DNA from: Gammaproteobacteria bacterium
GTDB taxonomy: Bacteria > Pseudomonadota > Gammaproteobacteria > Pseudomonadales > Azotimanducaceae
Reading direction: 5' to 3'
Assembly: GCA_042091155.1 (NCBI GenBank)
Contig: JBELHZ010000006.1
Span: 9,071-73,070, forward strand
DNA: 64,000 bases
Each line of letters begins with the position of its first letter. Positions within the stretch are counted from its first letter, which is position 1. The position numbers were made by a program, and so were the translations under genes. The notes under the pieces are model-generated. The model had not been told where the DNA came from and made no database searches. It worked only from the letters and a program-made list of their open reading frames with translations. Below, one piece after another: positions 51,025 to 61,581 of this stretch.

Positions 51025-53193
51025 GTGAGCAAGACTGCACCCAACGTTCGTACTGAAGAAATCCTCACACCGGAAATTCTTTTTGCCCAACCCGGCCTGC
51101 GGCCAACCCTACCGAGCCAGTTCAAGTTTTCACCCGACGGCCACCACGTGACTTACCTGCAGGGAACCGAAGACGCGCCGACCACCTTGGATCTGTGGCG
51201 TTTCGATAGAGCCAACAATGAACACCACCCGTTAGTTCGGGCCCTGGACCTTAACGCCGAGGCCGATGAGCGCGTTACCGAACTCAGCGATGCAGAACGG
51301 GCGGAGCGCGAGCGTAAACGTCAGTTTACCTTCGGCATATCGCACTACCAGTGGCTGGGCAATGAGCATTCACTCGCGGTCTATGCTGATGGGCAGGCGT
51401 ACTGGATCAACGTCTCAGCGACAGATAACGCGCCAGAGCGTATTACGCCCGAGGGCCATCGGCACAGCGGTTTCAATCCAAGCCCCAGCGGCAACCTGAT
51501 GAGCTATGTACGCGACGGCAATTTGTTCTACCGCGCTCTGCATACAGCATCCCAAGAAGTCACGGTGACCAAAGACGGCGATGAATGCGTCAGCAACGGT
51601 CTGCCGGATTTTTTGGCCGCCGAAGAGATGCATCGGTTCGCCGGCGCATGGTGGTCGGCCTGTGAGCGTTACTTGATCTACTGCCGCAACGACGAATCCC
51701 CCGTCGCCATCAGCCATCGTCTGGAAATCGACGGCAACGGTAGCCGCACAATCGCCCAGCGATATCCCTATGCCGGCGCAGTCAACCCCAGGGTAACGCT
51801 GCACGTCTTCGACCGAGAGAACCAAACGTCGAGTCAGATTTGGCAGTCAGAGAATGCGTCAGACAATTGCTATCTCGCCCGAGTCACCCCGGTTAAAGAT
51901 GGCATATGCTTGCAAACTCAGGATCGCCTGCAGCAAACCCTGAGCCTGAAACAGTACCGCTTTGCCGATGACCGTTGGCAAGAGCTGTATCGAGAGACCA
52001 GCGAAACTTGGATTAATCTCACCGATGATCTACGCCAGTTGACGAACGGCGACCTGCTGTTTTCCAGCGAAGATCAGGGGCAGCGGCAGGCCCTGATTTT
52101 ACAGTCGGACGGCGCGCGCAGACGCTTGACAGGGCCAGCACACATCAACCAGATATTGAGCTCGAACCAACAGGTCGTTACGGCCACTGGGTGGGATGAA
52201 AGTCCCATTGAAAACCATCTGTTCGAAATCTCCCTGGACGGTTCAGGCTATCGGCAGTTGACCGTGGGGGCCGGTGTTCATGACATCGTCATGCGTGGCG
52301 ATCAATCGATGTTCATCGACCGTTATACCGATGAAACCCTGCCGATGAGAATTACGGTTGAAGAACTCGACCCGGCGGGTTCTCAAACCGTATACGAGGA
52401 AACCATTGGCGACGGGCACCGCTACGCGGCCTATGCGAAACACCACGTGACGGCGAGCTTCGGCAGCATCGAAGCAGCAGGTCAGACACTGCATTACCGA
52501 CTGACCCCGCCGGCCCAAATCAATGGCCAACATCCAACCATCGTGTATGTGTACGGCGGGCCTGGAGTCCAAAAAGTCCGTCGTGACTGGGGCTCTGTGC
52601 TGGTGCAACTGTTTGCCCAGCGTGGTTACGGCGTACTGGAGCTGGATAATCGAGGATCGACCAATCGTGGCAGCGCCTTTGAGGCGGGTCTGTACAAACG
52701 TATGGGCAGTATCGAAGTCGACGATCAGGTGTTGGGCACTCAGATACTGCATAACGCAGCCTGGGCAGACCCCGAGCGGATCGGCGTCTTCGGTCACAGT
52801 TACGGCGGCTACATGACCCTGATGTGTTTGGCCAAAGCCGGGCACTGCTTTAAGGCTGGGGTGGCCGTGGCTCCCGTAGCGGATTGGCGACTCTACGATT
52901 CCCACTACACCGAACGATTCATGGGTTTACCGGCCGACAATGAGGAAGCCTACGAGAACAGCAGCGTGATTCCCCATTTGGTCAATCTTGAGCGTCCCTT
53001 GCTGCTGATGCACGGTATGGCAGATGACAATGTCCTGTTCACCCACAGCACCATGCTGATGTCCGAGCTGCAAACGTTAGGTAAATCCTTTGAACTGATG
53101 ACCTATCCTGGTGCCAAGCATTCGATGCAAGAAGTCCATGTGTCGATCCATCGCTTTAACACGCTGCTCGACTTCTTTGACCGCGAACTGTAA
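51025..53193 (+). CDS. S9-family prolyl/dipeptidyl peptidase (DPP-IV-like)
   Basis: N-terminal beta-propeller region plus a C-terminal alpha/beta hydrolase with nucleophile GVFGHSYGGYM, and HGMADDNV and H in GAKHSM. Start set to an in-frame GTG at 51025 after AGGAAA. Alternative starts are 50959 (ATG) and 50887. Confidence 0.8.
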   Translation: MSKTAPNVRTEEILTPEILFAQPGLRPTLPSQFKFSPDGHHVTYLQGTEDAPTTLDLWRFDRANNEHHPLVRALDLNAEADERVTELSDAERAERERKRQFTFGISHYQWLGNEHSLAVYADGQAYWINVSATDNAPERITPEGHRHSGFNPSPSGNLMSYVRDGNLFYRALHTASQEVTVTKDGDECVSNGLPDFLAAEEMHRFAGAWWSACERYLIYCRNDESPVAISHRLEIDGNGSRTIAQRYPYAGAVNPRVTLHVFDRENQTSSQIWQSENASDNCYLARVTPVKDGICLQTQDRLQQTLSLKQYRFADDRWQELYRETSETWINLTDDLRQLTNGDLLFSSEDQGQRQALILQSDGARRRLTGPAHINQILSSNQQVVTATGWDESPIENHLFEISLDGSGYRQLTVGAGVHDIVMRGDQSMFIDRYTDETLPMRITVEELDPAGSQTVYEETIGDGHRYAAYAKHHVTASFGSIEAAGQTLHYRLTPPAQINGQHPTIVYVYGGPGVQKVRRDWGSVLVQLFAQRGYGVLELDNRGSTNRGSAFEAGLYKRMGSIEVDDQVLGTQILHNAAWADPERIGVFGHSYGGYMTLMCLAKAGHCFKAGVAVAPVADWRLYDSHYTERFMGLPADNEEAYENSSVIPHLVNLERPLLLMHGMADDNVLFTHSTMLMSELQTLGKSFELMTYPGAKHSMQEVHVSIHRFNTLLDFFDREL

Positions 53194-53217
53194 CGCTGAA
53201 CCACCCCTTGGGAATGT

Positions 53218-53967
53218 TTACACACCACAACCAAACAGGCGCACGAAATTATCAGCGGTTTCCTGACGTAGTTTTTCGACCGGCGTATGGCGCAATTCTG
53301 CGAGAAATTCAGCCGTATGGGCTACATAGGCTGGCTCATTGGTTTTGCCTCGCTTGGGCACCGGCGCGAGCCAAGGCGAATCGGTTTCGATCAGCAGCCT
53401 GTCCGCTGGCACTTTGGCTGCCACGTCACGGACGTTTGCCGCATTCTTAAACGTCACGATGCCCGAAATGGACACATAAAACCCTTGGTCTAGCGCTTGC
53501 TTCGCCATTGACCAAGACTCAGTAAAGCAGTGCAGTACCCCTTTGACCCCCGCATGCGCCTGTAGTAAGTCCAAGGTATCTTTTTCCGCCTGACGGGTAT
53601 GCACGACCACGGGCATATCGTGGCGAACCCCAAGATCGAGCTGCAGCGCAAAAGCCTCACGCTGACGGGCCTTGGTGCCGGGATCGTCGGCATGCAGGTA
53701 ATCGAGCCCGGTCTCCCCAACCGCCACCACGCGCTCGTGGGCAAGCTCTGCCTCGATCCATTCAAGATTACCGTCCGCGGCGTCGGGGTGAACACCGGCG
53801 GTGGCCCAGATGTCGGCATGGCATGTGGCCAGTGATTTCACCGCTGGGAAACCGGCCTCATCGACGCTAATGCACAGGCAAGTGGTTACACCGGCTTCTC
53901 TCGCTCGATCAATCGCCTCTTCTGGATCGTCCAGATAATTCAGGTGACAGTGAGAGTCGATCAACAT
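53218..53967 (-). CDS. tatD: TatD-family metal-dependent hydrolase/DNase (YcfH-like)
   Basis: MLIDSHCHL, GETGLDY, VVHTR and ETDSPWL motifs. Conserved position after holB. Confidence 0.9.
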   Translation of the reverse strand: MLIDSHCHLNYLDDPEEAIDRAREAGVTTCLCISVDEAGFPAVKSLATCHADIWATAGVHPDAADGNLEWIEAELAHERVVAVGETGLDYLHADDPGTKARQREAFALQLDLGVRHDMPVVVHTRQAEKDTLDLLQAHAGVKGVLHCFTESWSMAKQALDQGFYVSISGIVTFKNAANVRDVAAKVPADRLLIETDSPWLAPVPKRGKTNEPAYVAHTAEFLAELRHTPVEKLRQETADNFVRLFGCGV

Positions 53968-53997
53968 GGTAATACTCCGCAGGGTGAAAACGAGGCT

Positions 53998-54894
53998 CTA
54001 TCGATTCGTTTGGCGCTGGCGCTGTTGATGCGCCGTCAGCTGCTGCCACAAATGGAACAGACGCTCCAAGGCCAAGCGCACATTGGTAGAATTCGATGTT
54101 TCGATCATGCGTCGGGTTTCATTCAACTCCTCGGCAAAGGCCAGAGACGCTCGATTGGCTTGGTCTTGTTGCCGTTGAATCAGCAGACGATACCAGCCTC
54201 CCAAGATCCGACTGGGGCCCATACCAATGAATTGATCCACATGCGGTCCAAACTGCTGGGCTTGTGCAATCTCACCGAGCAGGGTGTCCAGATCCAGCCC
54301 GGCAAACTGTTCGAGCATGGTGATAGGCGCATAGCCCGCTTGGGCAAACCGTTCTTCAGAAAAAGCAACACCTTGGGCTTGCAGCCAATCTTGAGCTTGT
54401 TGGGTATCCGCGGACACCTGAAGGTACTGGCAACGACTGCGAATGGTTGGCAGCAGCCGGCTCCAGTACGGAGTACACAGCAGAATGTGAGTATTTCGCG
54501 GCGGTTCCTCTAACGTTTTTAGGAGCGTGTTCGCCGCATTGACGTTAAGCAGATGGGCGTCGAAAACAGCCGCCACCTTACGCTTGGCCATTTGTGGTGT
54601 TTGTACCGCAAACGCATTCAGCGCCCGCACCTGATCAATCTTGATCATGGCTCCGTCCGGCGCGATCCAACGAAAATCCGGGTGCGCAATCTCTTCAGGT
54701 TCTTTGTCTGAAGCGATGCTGAGTAACTGCATCGATGCTCTGGCCAATAGCGAGTACCCGCCCCAGCCCTCCGGGCAAGAGATACCGATGGCCGCAGGCA
54801 AACGGTCACGTGCCTGCCGCTCGGCAAGATCTGCAAGCAGCGGGTTATGCCATGGGTACTGATCAACCACTGCGCGCGCGCCGAATAAACTCAT
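53998..54894 (-). CDS. holB: DNA polymerase III delta' subunit
   Basis: AANTLLKTLEEPP and IRSRCQ motifs. Position between tmk and tatD. The 5' end overlaps tmk by 32 nt as drawn; a GTG start 24 nt downstream is possible. Confidence 0.8.
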   Translation of the reverse strand: MSLFGARAVVDQYPWHNPLLADLAERQARDRLPAAIGISCPEGWGGYSLLARASMQLLSIASDKEPEEIAHPDFRWIAPDGAMIKIDQVRALNAFAVQTPQMAKRKVAAVFDAHLLNVNAANTLLKTLEEPPRNTHILLCTPYWSRLLPTIRSRCQYLQVSADTQQAQDWLQAQGVAFSEERFAQAGYAPITMLEQFAGLDLDTLLGEIAQAQQFGPHVDQFIGMGPSRILGGWYRLLIQRQQDQANRASLAFAEELNETRRMIETSNSTNVRLALERLFHLWQQLTAHQQRQRQTNR

Positions 54895-55492
54895 GGGTCT
54901 TCAGACGAACTTCAGCCTGCACCTCTTGCAGGGGATTCCCAGCGTCGATGATTTCAAAGCGTTCGTGCTCGCTGGCCCGGTCCAAATACCCCTGACGCAC
55001 GCGAACGAAGAAGTCTCGTCGCTCCACTTCCATCCGGTCTTTTTCCCGCGCGGCAATACGCTGTTCGGCAACATCAGGAGCGACATCCAGATACAACGTG
55101 ATATCCGGCTGCAGATCGCCCTGAATCCAGGATTCCAATACCGCCAGTTTCTCCAGATCAAGCTGACGGCCGTAGCCCTGATAGGCAAAGGTCGCATCGG
55201 TGAAACGATCGCAGACTACCCACCGGCCTGCAGCCAACGCGGGACGAATCACGTGACTGAGATGCTGGGCGCGCGCCGCAAACACCAACAGCAGCTCGGT
55301 GATGCCATCGACGCTCTCATTCCACTTGTGCAGCATGGCATCACGTAGCGCTTCGGCCATGGGCGTGCCGCCGGGTTCTCGAGTACGAACAAAGTCGATA
55401 CCGGCCTCCGTCAACGTCTCGCAGACGGTATCCACATTGGTGGATTTGCCAGCGCCCTCAGAGCCTTCCAATGTAATAAAACGTCCGCTCAT
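54863..55492 (-). CDS. tmk: thymidylate kinase
   Basis: FITLEGSEGAGKST P-loop, DRF and the lid region. 209 aa. Confidence 0.95.
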   Translation of the reverse strand: MSGRFITLEGSEGAGKSTNVDTVCETLTEAGIDFVRTREPGGTPMAEALRDAMLHKWNESVDGITELLLVFAARAQHLSHVIRPALAAGRWVVCDRFTDATFAYQGYGRQLDLEKLAVLESWIQGDLQPDITLYLDVAPDVAEQRIAAREKDRMEVERRDFFVRVRQGYLDRASEHERFEIIDAGNPLQEVQAEVRLKTHEFIRRARSG

Positions 55493-56520
55493 GAATCGCC
55501 CTTGGAAAGTTGATACCGCCTCACGGCAGCGTTGTGTTCTTTAAGAGTACGCGAAAATTGGCTGGACCCGTCACCTCGGGCAACAAAGTACAGATAATCC
55601 CCTTCCGCTGGATGCAACGCGGCTTCAATGGACGCTAATGATGGCAGGGCGATGGGCGTTGGCGGCAGACCCCGGTAGCGATAGGTATTGAACGGCGAAT
55701 CGATCCTCAGATCCCGTCGCCGGATATCACCGTCAAAACGTTCACCGAGCGCGTAAATGACCGTAGGGTCGGTTTGCAGCTTCATGTTCTTTTTCAGTCG
55801 CAGGTGAAACACTTGGCTGATCTGAGCGCGGTCAGATAGACCATCGCTTTCTTTTTCAATAATCGACGCCAGCACTAAGGCCTGCTCCGGGCTGTCAAGC
55901 CCAAGATTCGGTCCACGATTCTGCCAAGCGTTCATCAGGTGCCCAATCATGGCATCGTGGGCACGCTGTAACACGCTGAGATCTGAGGCACCTTGCGGCA
56001 CAAAATAGGTCTCCGGGAAAAAAGCCCCTTCGACAAAGGGCAGCTGCAGATCCAGCTCGTCGGCCAAACCCTCCAGACCAGCGGATTTGTGGCTTAAAAC
56101 AGTTTCGTCGGCCAGTAGTGCCATCACTGTCCGCATGTTTAGACCCTCAGGCAGGCGAATCGCGTGTTGCTCCACCTGACCGCTGGACAGAAACGCCAGC
56201 AGATCTGCTGCAGAGAGGTTTGCCGGAAGCTGATAGTTGCCCGCCTGCAGCCCTCGATCCAGGCCAAACAGCCGAGCGTAAAGACTGAACAACAAGCGGT
56301 TTTCAATCACGCCGCGCCGTTCCAACTCGCTGGCGATCTGGTTCAGTGACGCGCCTTGAGGCACCTCGAACGCCGATGCCGGATAACTGCCCCCACATTG
56401 AGGCCAGTGCGCCAACACATAATAGGCTGGCGCTGCGAGCGCAAAGATCAGCGCTCCGACCAGAGCAAGGCGCAGGGGGACAGACTTCCTGCCGGTGGCG
56501 TGAGTGTTGGGCTGCGCCAT
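55489..56520 (-). CDS. mltG: endolytic murein transglycosylase MltG (YceG family)
   Basis: N-terminal TM, LASIIEKE catalytic region and NTYRYRGLPPTPI. 4-nt overlap with tmk. Confidence 0.9.
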   Translation of the reverse strand: MAQPNTHATGRKSVPLRLALVGALIFALAAPAYYVLAHWPQCGGSYPASAFEVPQGASLNQIASELERRGVIENRLLFSLYARLFGLDRGLQAGNYQLPANLSAADLLAFLSSGQVEQHAIRLPEGLNMRTVMALLADETVLSHKSAGLEGLADELDLQLPFVEGAFFPETYFVPQGASDLSVLQRAHDAMIGHLMNAWQNRGPNLGLDSPEQALVLASIIEKESDGLSDRAQISQVFHLRLKKNMKLQTDPTVIYALGERFDGDIRRRDLRIDSPFNTYRYRGLPPTPIALPSLASIEAALHPAEGDYLYFVARGDGSSQFSRTLKEHNAAVRRYQLSKGDS

Positions 56521-56538
56521 GATCGAGGGTGAGCGCCC

Positions 56539-57780
56539 CTAAATCTTACCGAATACCAAGGTTCCATTGGTGCCACCAAACCCGAAAGAATTGCTTGCAG
56601 CAGCGGTGATGTCTGCATCTCGAGCCTCATTCGGCACGTAATCCAGATCACATCCTTCGCCCGGATTGTCGAGATTGATGGTTGGGGCAATGACCTGTTC
56701 CTGCAGCGCCTTGAGGGTGAAAATGGCTTCTACAGCGCCGGCGGCTCCTAGCAAATGGCCAATCATCGACTTCGTGGAACTCACCATGAGTTTGGTGTCT
56801 TCGCCAAAAATCGTCTTAACGCCCTTGGTTTCTGCTACGTCGCCTAGTGGGGTCGATGTGCCGTGAGCATTGAGATAGCCCACCTCTTCCGGGTTCAAAC
56901 CCGCATCGTTTAACGCGTTGCGCATGGCAGCGGCACCGCCCTCGCCGTTTTCTGCAGGACCGGTGATATGGAACGCATCGGCACTCATGCCGAAGCCCAA
57001 CACCTCACCGTAAATCTGCGCCCCGCGCGCCTTCGCGCGCTCGTACTCTTCCAGCACCAGTACCCCGGCGCCTTCGCCTAGAACAAAGCCATCTCGGTCT
57101 TGGTCCCAAGGTCGGCTGGCTTTTTCAGGTTCGTCGTTGCGCGCGGACAACGCCCGCATCGACGCAAATCCGGCAACGGTAATCGGTGATGTTGCTGCTT
57201 CTGCGCCACCCACCACCATCACATCGGCATCGCCGTATTGGATCATTCGTGCGCCAAAACCGATGTTGTGGGTGCCAGTGGTGCAGGCAGTCACCACGGC
57301 GACGTTCGGGCCTTTAAAACCGTACTCGATAGACACATTGCCGGAAATCATGTTGATCACGACGCCGGGGACGAAAAACGGAGAAACTCGTCTCGGCCCA
57401 CTTTTCTGCAGTGTGCTGTGGGTGCTTTCGATGGTATTGATGCCGCCGATACCCGAACCAATGGCAACGCCGATACGATCGGCATCGCTTGGGTGAGACT
57501 CTAGGCCAGCGTCTTGGATAGCTTGAGAGGCAGCGGCGATACCCAGTTGAATGAACTCATCGATTCGTCGAGCTTCCTTGGGATTCATGTAGGGCGAAAT
57601 ATCAAAATCACGCACGCTGCCGGAGATCTTCACCGCAAAATCGGTAGTATCGAAGGATTCGTTTAGTTTGATTCCGCTTTCACCGGCGACGGCCGCTTTC
57701 CAAGATGCCTCAACGGTGTGACCAATCGGGCTGATCATCCCCATTCCAGTGACGACTACTCTTCTTTGGGTCATATTCAA
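56539..57780 (-). CDS. fabF: beta-ketoacyl-ACP synthase II
   Basis: RRVVVTGMG, active-site [14 protein letters not shown] and GHLLGAAG motifs. 413 aa. Confidence 0.95.
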   Translation of the reverse strand: MNMTQRRVVVTGMGMISPIGHTVEASWKAAVAGESGIKLNESFDTTDFAVKISGSVRDFDISPYMNPKEARRIDEFIQLGIAAASQAIQDAGLESHPSDADRIGVAIGSGIGGINTIESTHSTLQKSGPRRVSPFFVPGVVINMISGNVSIEYGFKGPNVAVVTACTTGTHNIGFGARMIQYGDADVMVVGGAEAATSPITVAGFASMRALSARNDEPEKASRPWDQDRDGFVLGEGAGVLVLEEYERAKARGAQIYGEVLGFGMSADAFHITGPAENGEGGAAAMRNALNDAGLNPEEVGYLNAHGTSTPLGDVAETKGVKTIFGEDTKLMVSSTKSMIGHLLGAAGAVEAIFTLKALQEQVIAPTINLDNPGEGCDLDYVPNEARDADITAAASNSFGFGGTNGTLVFGKI

Positions 57781-57869
57781 TCATCCAGATTGTAGTTTAT
57801 TCAGGTTCTTGCGCGCAGAATTGCAGAAGCATGGAATCTGATGCAGTAAGTTGCAATATACAGAGGAAC

Positions 57870-57897
57870 AAAAAAAGGGGCACTCGCGCCCCTTTTT
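57870..57897 (-). terminator. rho-independent terminator/attenuator after acpP
   Basis: On the minus strand, AAAAAGGGGCGCGAGTGCCCC is followed by TTTTTTT, ~70 nt after the acpP stop. Confidence 0.75.
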
Positions 57898-57965
57898 AGT
57901 CAAAACTTTTCAGTCAAACCATCATTCTTCAAGTTTTGCAGGGCGTCGGCCTCCCCACCAGCTGC

Positions 57966-58199
57966 CTATTGGTGGGCAAGAATGTAGTCGATCGCCTCTT
58001 TTACGGTTGTGATCTTCTCAGCTTCTTCGTCTGGAATTTCGGTTTCAAACTCCTCTTCAAGAGCCATCACCAATTCGACGGTATCCAGCGAATCGGCGCC
58101 TAGATCTTCGACGAAGGATGCATCACTTTGGACTTCATCTTCTTTGACACCTAGCTGCTCGCAGATCAGCTTTCTAACTCGTTCTTCAATATTACTCAT
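57966..58199 (-). CDS. acpP: acyl carrier protein
   Basis: [12 protein letters not shown]...[20 protein letters not shown], with the phosphopantetheine Ser in DSLD. Confidence 0.97.
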   Translation of the reverse strand: MSNIEERVRKLICEQLGVKEDEVQSDASFVEDLGADSLDTVELVMALEEEFETEIPDEEAEKITTVKEAIDYILAHQ

Positions 58200-58364
58200 G
58201 CGGCTGTTTACTCCCTCAGTAGTGTTGGGCGCGAAGCGAACGGCATTCTATAGAGGCCCAATACCCAATTCAAGCGAACTATCCTTCGTAACCCAACGCA
58301 TTTTCACGGTCGCCATTAGACATTATCCCGTTGATTTTACGCCGCTTATCTTCAAGACCCTAGG

Positions 58365-59096
58365 CTAGCCAAATAACAAGCCCCCATTGACCTGCAAGGT
58401 CTGACCTGTGATGTAGCCCGCAGACTGGGAACAGAGAAAACTCACGGTCCCAGCGATCTCGTCCGCTTCGCCCATACGGCCTAGAGGAATGCGCTCCAGC
58501 ATGATCTTGGTTTGATCTTCCGTGAGCGCCTGTGTCATATCCGTCGCGATGAAACCTGGTGCCACCGCGTTTACCGTCACGCCTCTCGAGGCGACTTCCA
58601 TGGCCAGGGATCGCGTAAAGCCCTCAAGGCCGGCCTTACTGGCAACGTAGTTGCCCTGTCCCGGGTTGCCCAACCGGCCAACCACAGAACCGACGTTGAC
58701 GATTCTGCCCCAGCGCGCCTTCAACATGCCTCGAAGCACAGGCTTAGTGACACGAAACGCACCAGACAAATTGGTATCGATGACGTCAGACCATTCGGCC
58801 TCGGACATGCGCATCAACAGGTTGTCCTTGGTAATGCCTGCGTTATTGACCAGAACCACCGGGGCAGCAGCAATTTCACCCACTCGCGACATCACTTGCG
58901 CGACGGATTCTGCATCACTGATATCGAGCTTCAGACCCGCGCCTTGATCGCCCAGGCGCTGGGCGATGGATTCAGCCCCCGCATCTGACGTCGCGGTTCC
59001 CACGACGAAAAACCCATCGGCGGTCAATTTCGCCGCAATGGCTGCGCCAATTCCCCTACTGGCCCCTGTTACCAACGCTGTCCTTTGATCCGACAT
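58365..59096 (-). CDS. fabG: 3-oxoacyl-ACP reductase
   Basis: SDR motifs TGASRGIG, NNAGI and YVASKAG. Position within the fab cluster. Confidence 0.95.
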   Translation of the reverse strand: MSDQRTALVTGASRGIGAAIAAKLTADGFFVVGTATSDAGAESIAQRLGDQGAGLKLDISDAESVAQVMSRVGEIAAAPVVLVNNAGITKDNLLMRMSEAEWSDVIDTNLSGAFRVTKPVLRGMLKARWGRIVNVGSVVGRLGNPGQGNYVASKAGLEGFTRSLAMEVASRGVTVNAVAPGFIATDMTQALTEDQTKIMLERIPLGRMGEADEIAGTVSFLCSQSAGYITGQTLQVNGGLLFG

Positions 59097-59177
59097 CTGA
59101 ACCCCTATTCCTTACTGCTCTGTGTATTGAGAATTATCTGTCCACGCCGGTTGTTGAAACGGCGTCTCTTCGTGGTT

Positions 59178-60107
59178 TTACAGCGCCTGCGCCGCCTCGA
59201 TACCAGCGGCGGTGGAAAGCCCGACGGTGGGCGTCCCGCGAGAAATCCGCTTGACCAAGCCAGCCAGCACGCTGCCAGGACCGCATTCAACGAACTGACC
59301 AACACCCCCATCCAGCAGCGCGCCTACGCAGGTTGTCCAGCGAACTGGAGAATACAGCTGCTGCACCAATAACTTGCGCATTTCGTCAACAGAACCAGCC
59401 ACTTGGCCATGGACGTTTTGGTAAACCGGGATCTCGGGCAGCGTGAGAACGATGGCCGATAACGCCTCGGAAAAATCATCCGCGGCACGCTCCATTAGAC
59501 GTGAATGAAAGGGACCACTCACATCCAGAGGCACGGCACGCTTTGCACCGGCCGCCTTGCACGCTTCAATTGCTGCATGCACCGCATCGGTTTCGCCTGC
59601 GATGACCACTTGACCCGGCGCATTATAATTTGCCGCGCTAACCTCGCCGGCTACTTGTTCGCAGCATTGAGCGATGGCCTCATCGTCCAAACCAAGCACA
59701 GCAGCCATCGTCCCCTGACCGTTGGGTACTGCCGCCTGCATCAACTCACCGCGCTTACGCACTAGGGCGACGCCATCGGTGAAGCTCATGGCGCCGGCGC
59801 AGACCAAGGCCGAGTACTCGCCTAGGCTGTGACCCGCCATCATGGCGACTTTTTCTTGGGCACCGGGCCACAAATCCCATAGTGCAACGCTGGCGGTTAA
59901 CAATGCCGGTTGAGTATTTTCCGTTTGGCCTAAAACCTCACTGGGCCCTTGTTCGGTCATGGCCCATAGATCGAAGCCCACAACCTCGGATGCCTCGGCA
60001 AAGCGCAGCCTAATGGATGCGTGATTCGCAGCCAGCTCGCTTAACATGCCAACTGATTGTGCTCCCTGACCGGGAAAAATTGCGGCTATTCTTTCTGCAG
60101 TACTCAT
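59178..60107 (-). CDS. fabD: malonyl-CoA:ACP transacylase
   Basis: FPGQGAQ, GHSLGEYSAL and the conserved length (309 aa). Confidence 0.95.
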   Translation of the reverse strand: MSTAERIAAIFPGQGAQSVGMLSELAANHASIRLRFAEASEVVGFDLWAMTEQGPSEVLGQTENTQPALLTASVALWDLWPGAQEKVAMMAGHSLGEYSALVCAGAMSFTDGVALVRKRGELMQAAVPNGQGTMAAVLGLDDEAIAQCCEQVAGEVSAANYNAPGQVVIAGETDAVHAAIEACKAAGAKRAVPLDVSGPFHSRLMERAADDFSEALSAIVLTLPEIPVYQNVHGQVAGSVDEMRKLLVQQLYSPVRWTTCVGALLDGGVGQFVECGPGSVLAGLVKRISRGTPTVGLSTAAGIEAAQAL

Positions 60108-60211
60108 GTCTTCCTCATTCCTTCGTTGTGAACGCTAATCCGTGACTCTACGTTGTTTTTCAGTTGGGTTTTTGGAGCGGGCGGTTCGCTTAGTGTGTTC
60201 AGATCGACAGG

Positions 60212-61183
60212 CTAGCTCGCCAGCGATTCTTCGCATACCCGCTGCATATTCCACTCGATATAGTCCCGCCCCTGCAGCAGCGCATGCAAAAAGCCTCGCT
60301 CTGACGCACTGCCATGGCTTTTCACGACGATACCCTTCAACCCTGCAAGCAAGGCGCCATTGTAGCGGTCTGGGTCGATATGCGTGGTGAGATTTTGCAG
60401 TTCGGAATCAATACTCGGCAACTGAGCCAATTGGCTGCGCAAATAGGAGGCCATGCTCTCGATTGTCTTGAGAACGAGGTTGCCAGCGTAGCCGTCGCAA
60501 ACGATGACATCGGCGCGACCGGAAAACAGTTCGTTCGGCTCGATGAAGCCCACCGAATGGAGAGTATGGTCGGCCTCAATCAGTCGGGCAGCCGTGTTGA
60601 CATCGGAAGTCCCTTTGCCGGCTTCTCTGCCGATATTGAGCAAGGCAACTCGGGGAGCGCGATTTTCTGACTGTGTTTGATGCGCGCCCTGCAGCGCACA
60701 GCCTAAGCGCGCAAATTGTTGCAACAGCTCAGGGGAGCAGCGAACGTTCGCGCCCAGATCCAACATGTAGAATTGACCCTTAGGGCCCTGGAATGCCTTG
60801 GCGATGGCAGGTCGACGTATGGCTTCCATGGTACCGATGCAGGAGCGACCCAGTACCATAATCGCCTTGGTATCTGCTGAACTGACAACAGCATCCACAC
60901 GGCCTTCCGCCAGCAAGTTCATGACGATGGCCAACGAGGTGTCACTGGAGTGCTTTAGCAGCGTGCGAGGGGGCTCTAAGCCCGTGAGAACTTTGGAACA
61001 GAAGAGGATTTTTGCGCCTCGCTCTCGCAGCCCTTCGAGGGATGTCGAGTCAAGTCCGTCTTGGTCCCCCACCAACACCAGCTCTTCGGGCGCTGGATAG
61101 TCCATGCAGGCTTGAAGGTTACGGTTTCCCGAACCCTCGCCACCCATCAAATCCACCGCGATCTTCACCACCGATTCAACCAC
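60212..61183 (-). CDS. plsX: phosphate acyltransferase PlsX
   Basis: IAVDLMGGEGSG (family consensus IAVDAMGGD), with a GTG start. Located between rpmF and fabD. Confidence 0.85.
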   Translation of the reverse strand: MVESVVKIAVDLMGGEGSGNRNLQACMDYPAPEELVLVGDQDGLDSTSLEGLRERGAKILFCSKVLTGLEPPRTLLKHSSDTSLAIVMNLLAEGRVDAVVSSADTKAIMVLGRSCIGTMEAIRRPAIAKAFQGPKGQFYMLDLGANVRCSPELLQQFARLGCALQGAHQTQSENRAPRVALLNIGREAGKGTSDVNTAARLIEADHTLHSVGFIEPNELFSGRADVIVCDGYAGNLVLKTIESMASYLRSQLAQLPSIDSELQNLTTHIDPDRYNGALLAGLKGIVVKSHGSASERGFLHALLQGRDYIEWNMQRVCEESLAS

Positions 61184-61290
61184 TTAAGCCGTTGATGGGG
61201 TGGGCCGCGGAATGACCACCAACCCGGAGGTAGGCCCAACTGAAGTGGACGTACCCGAGGGCATCCGAAAGGATGCCATCGCGAAACAGA

Positions 61291-61467
61291 CTAGCCTTTA
61301 TCGGGCATCACCTGCTTGCCACGGTAAAAACCGTCGGCGCTTACATGATGACGTCGGTGGGTTTCACCGGATGTGCTTTCAACGGACAGTGCTGGATTGC
61401 TCAACGAGTCGTGAGAACGTCGTTGTCCTCGGCGAGACCGTGTCACCTTACTTTTCTGTACTGCCAT
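61291..61467 (-). CDS. rpmF: 50S ribosomal protein L32
   Basis: Own translation (below the ORF-track size cutoff): [58 protein letters not shown], 58 aa. Canonical L32 N-terminus and locus. Confidence 0.9.
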   Translation of the reverse strand: MAVQKSKVTRSRRGQRRSHDSLSNPALSVESTSGETHRRHHVSADGFYRGKQVMPDKG

Positions 61468-61581
61468 TTCAAATTGTCCTTAATCTACAAGCGTTCATTC
61501 GTGGGTCGCGATCGCGGCCCTTTTCTCTTATGCAGTCCAACCTAGGATATGCATATGTTTTTTCGTCGTCGATGGCCCGCG

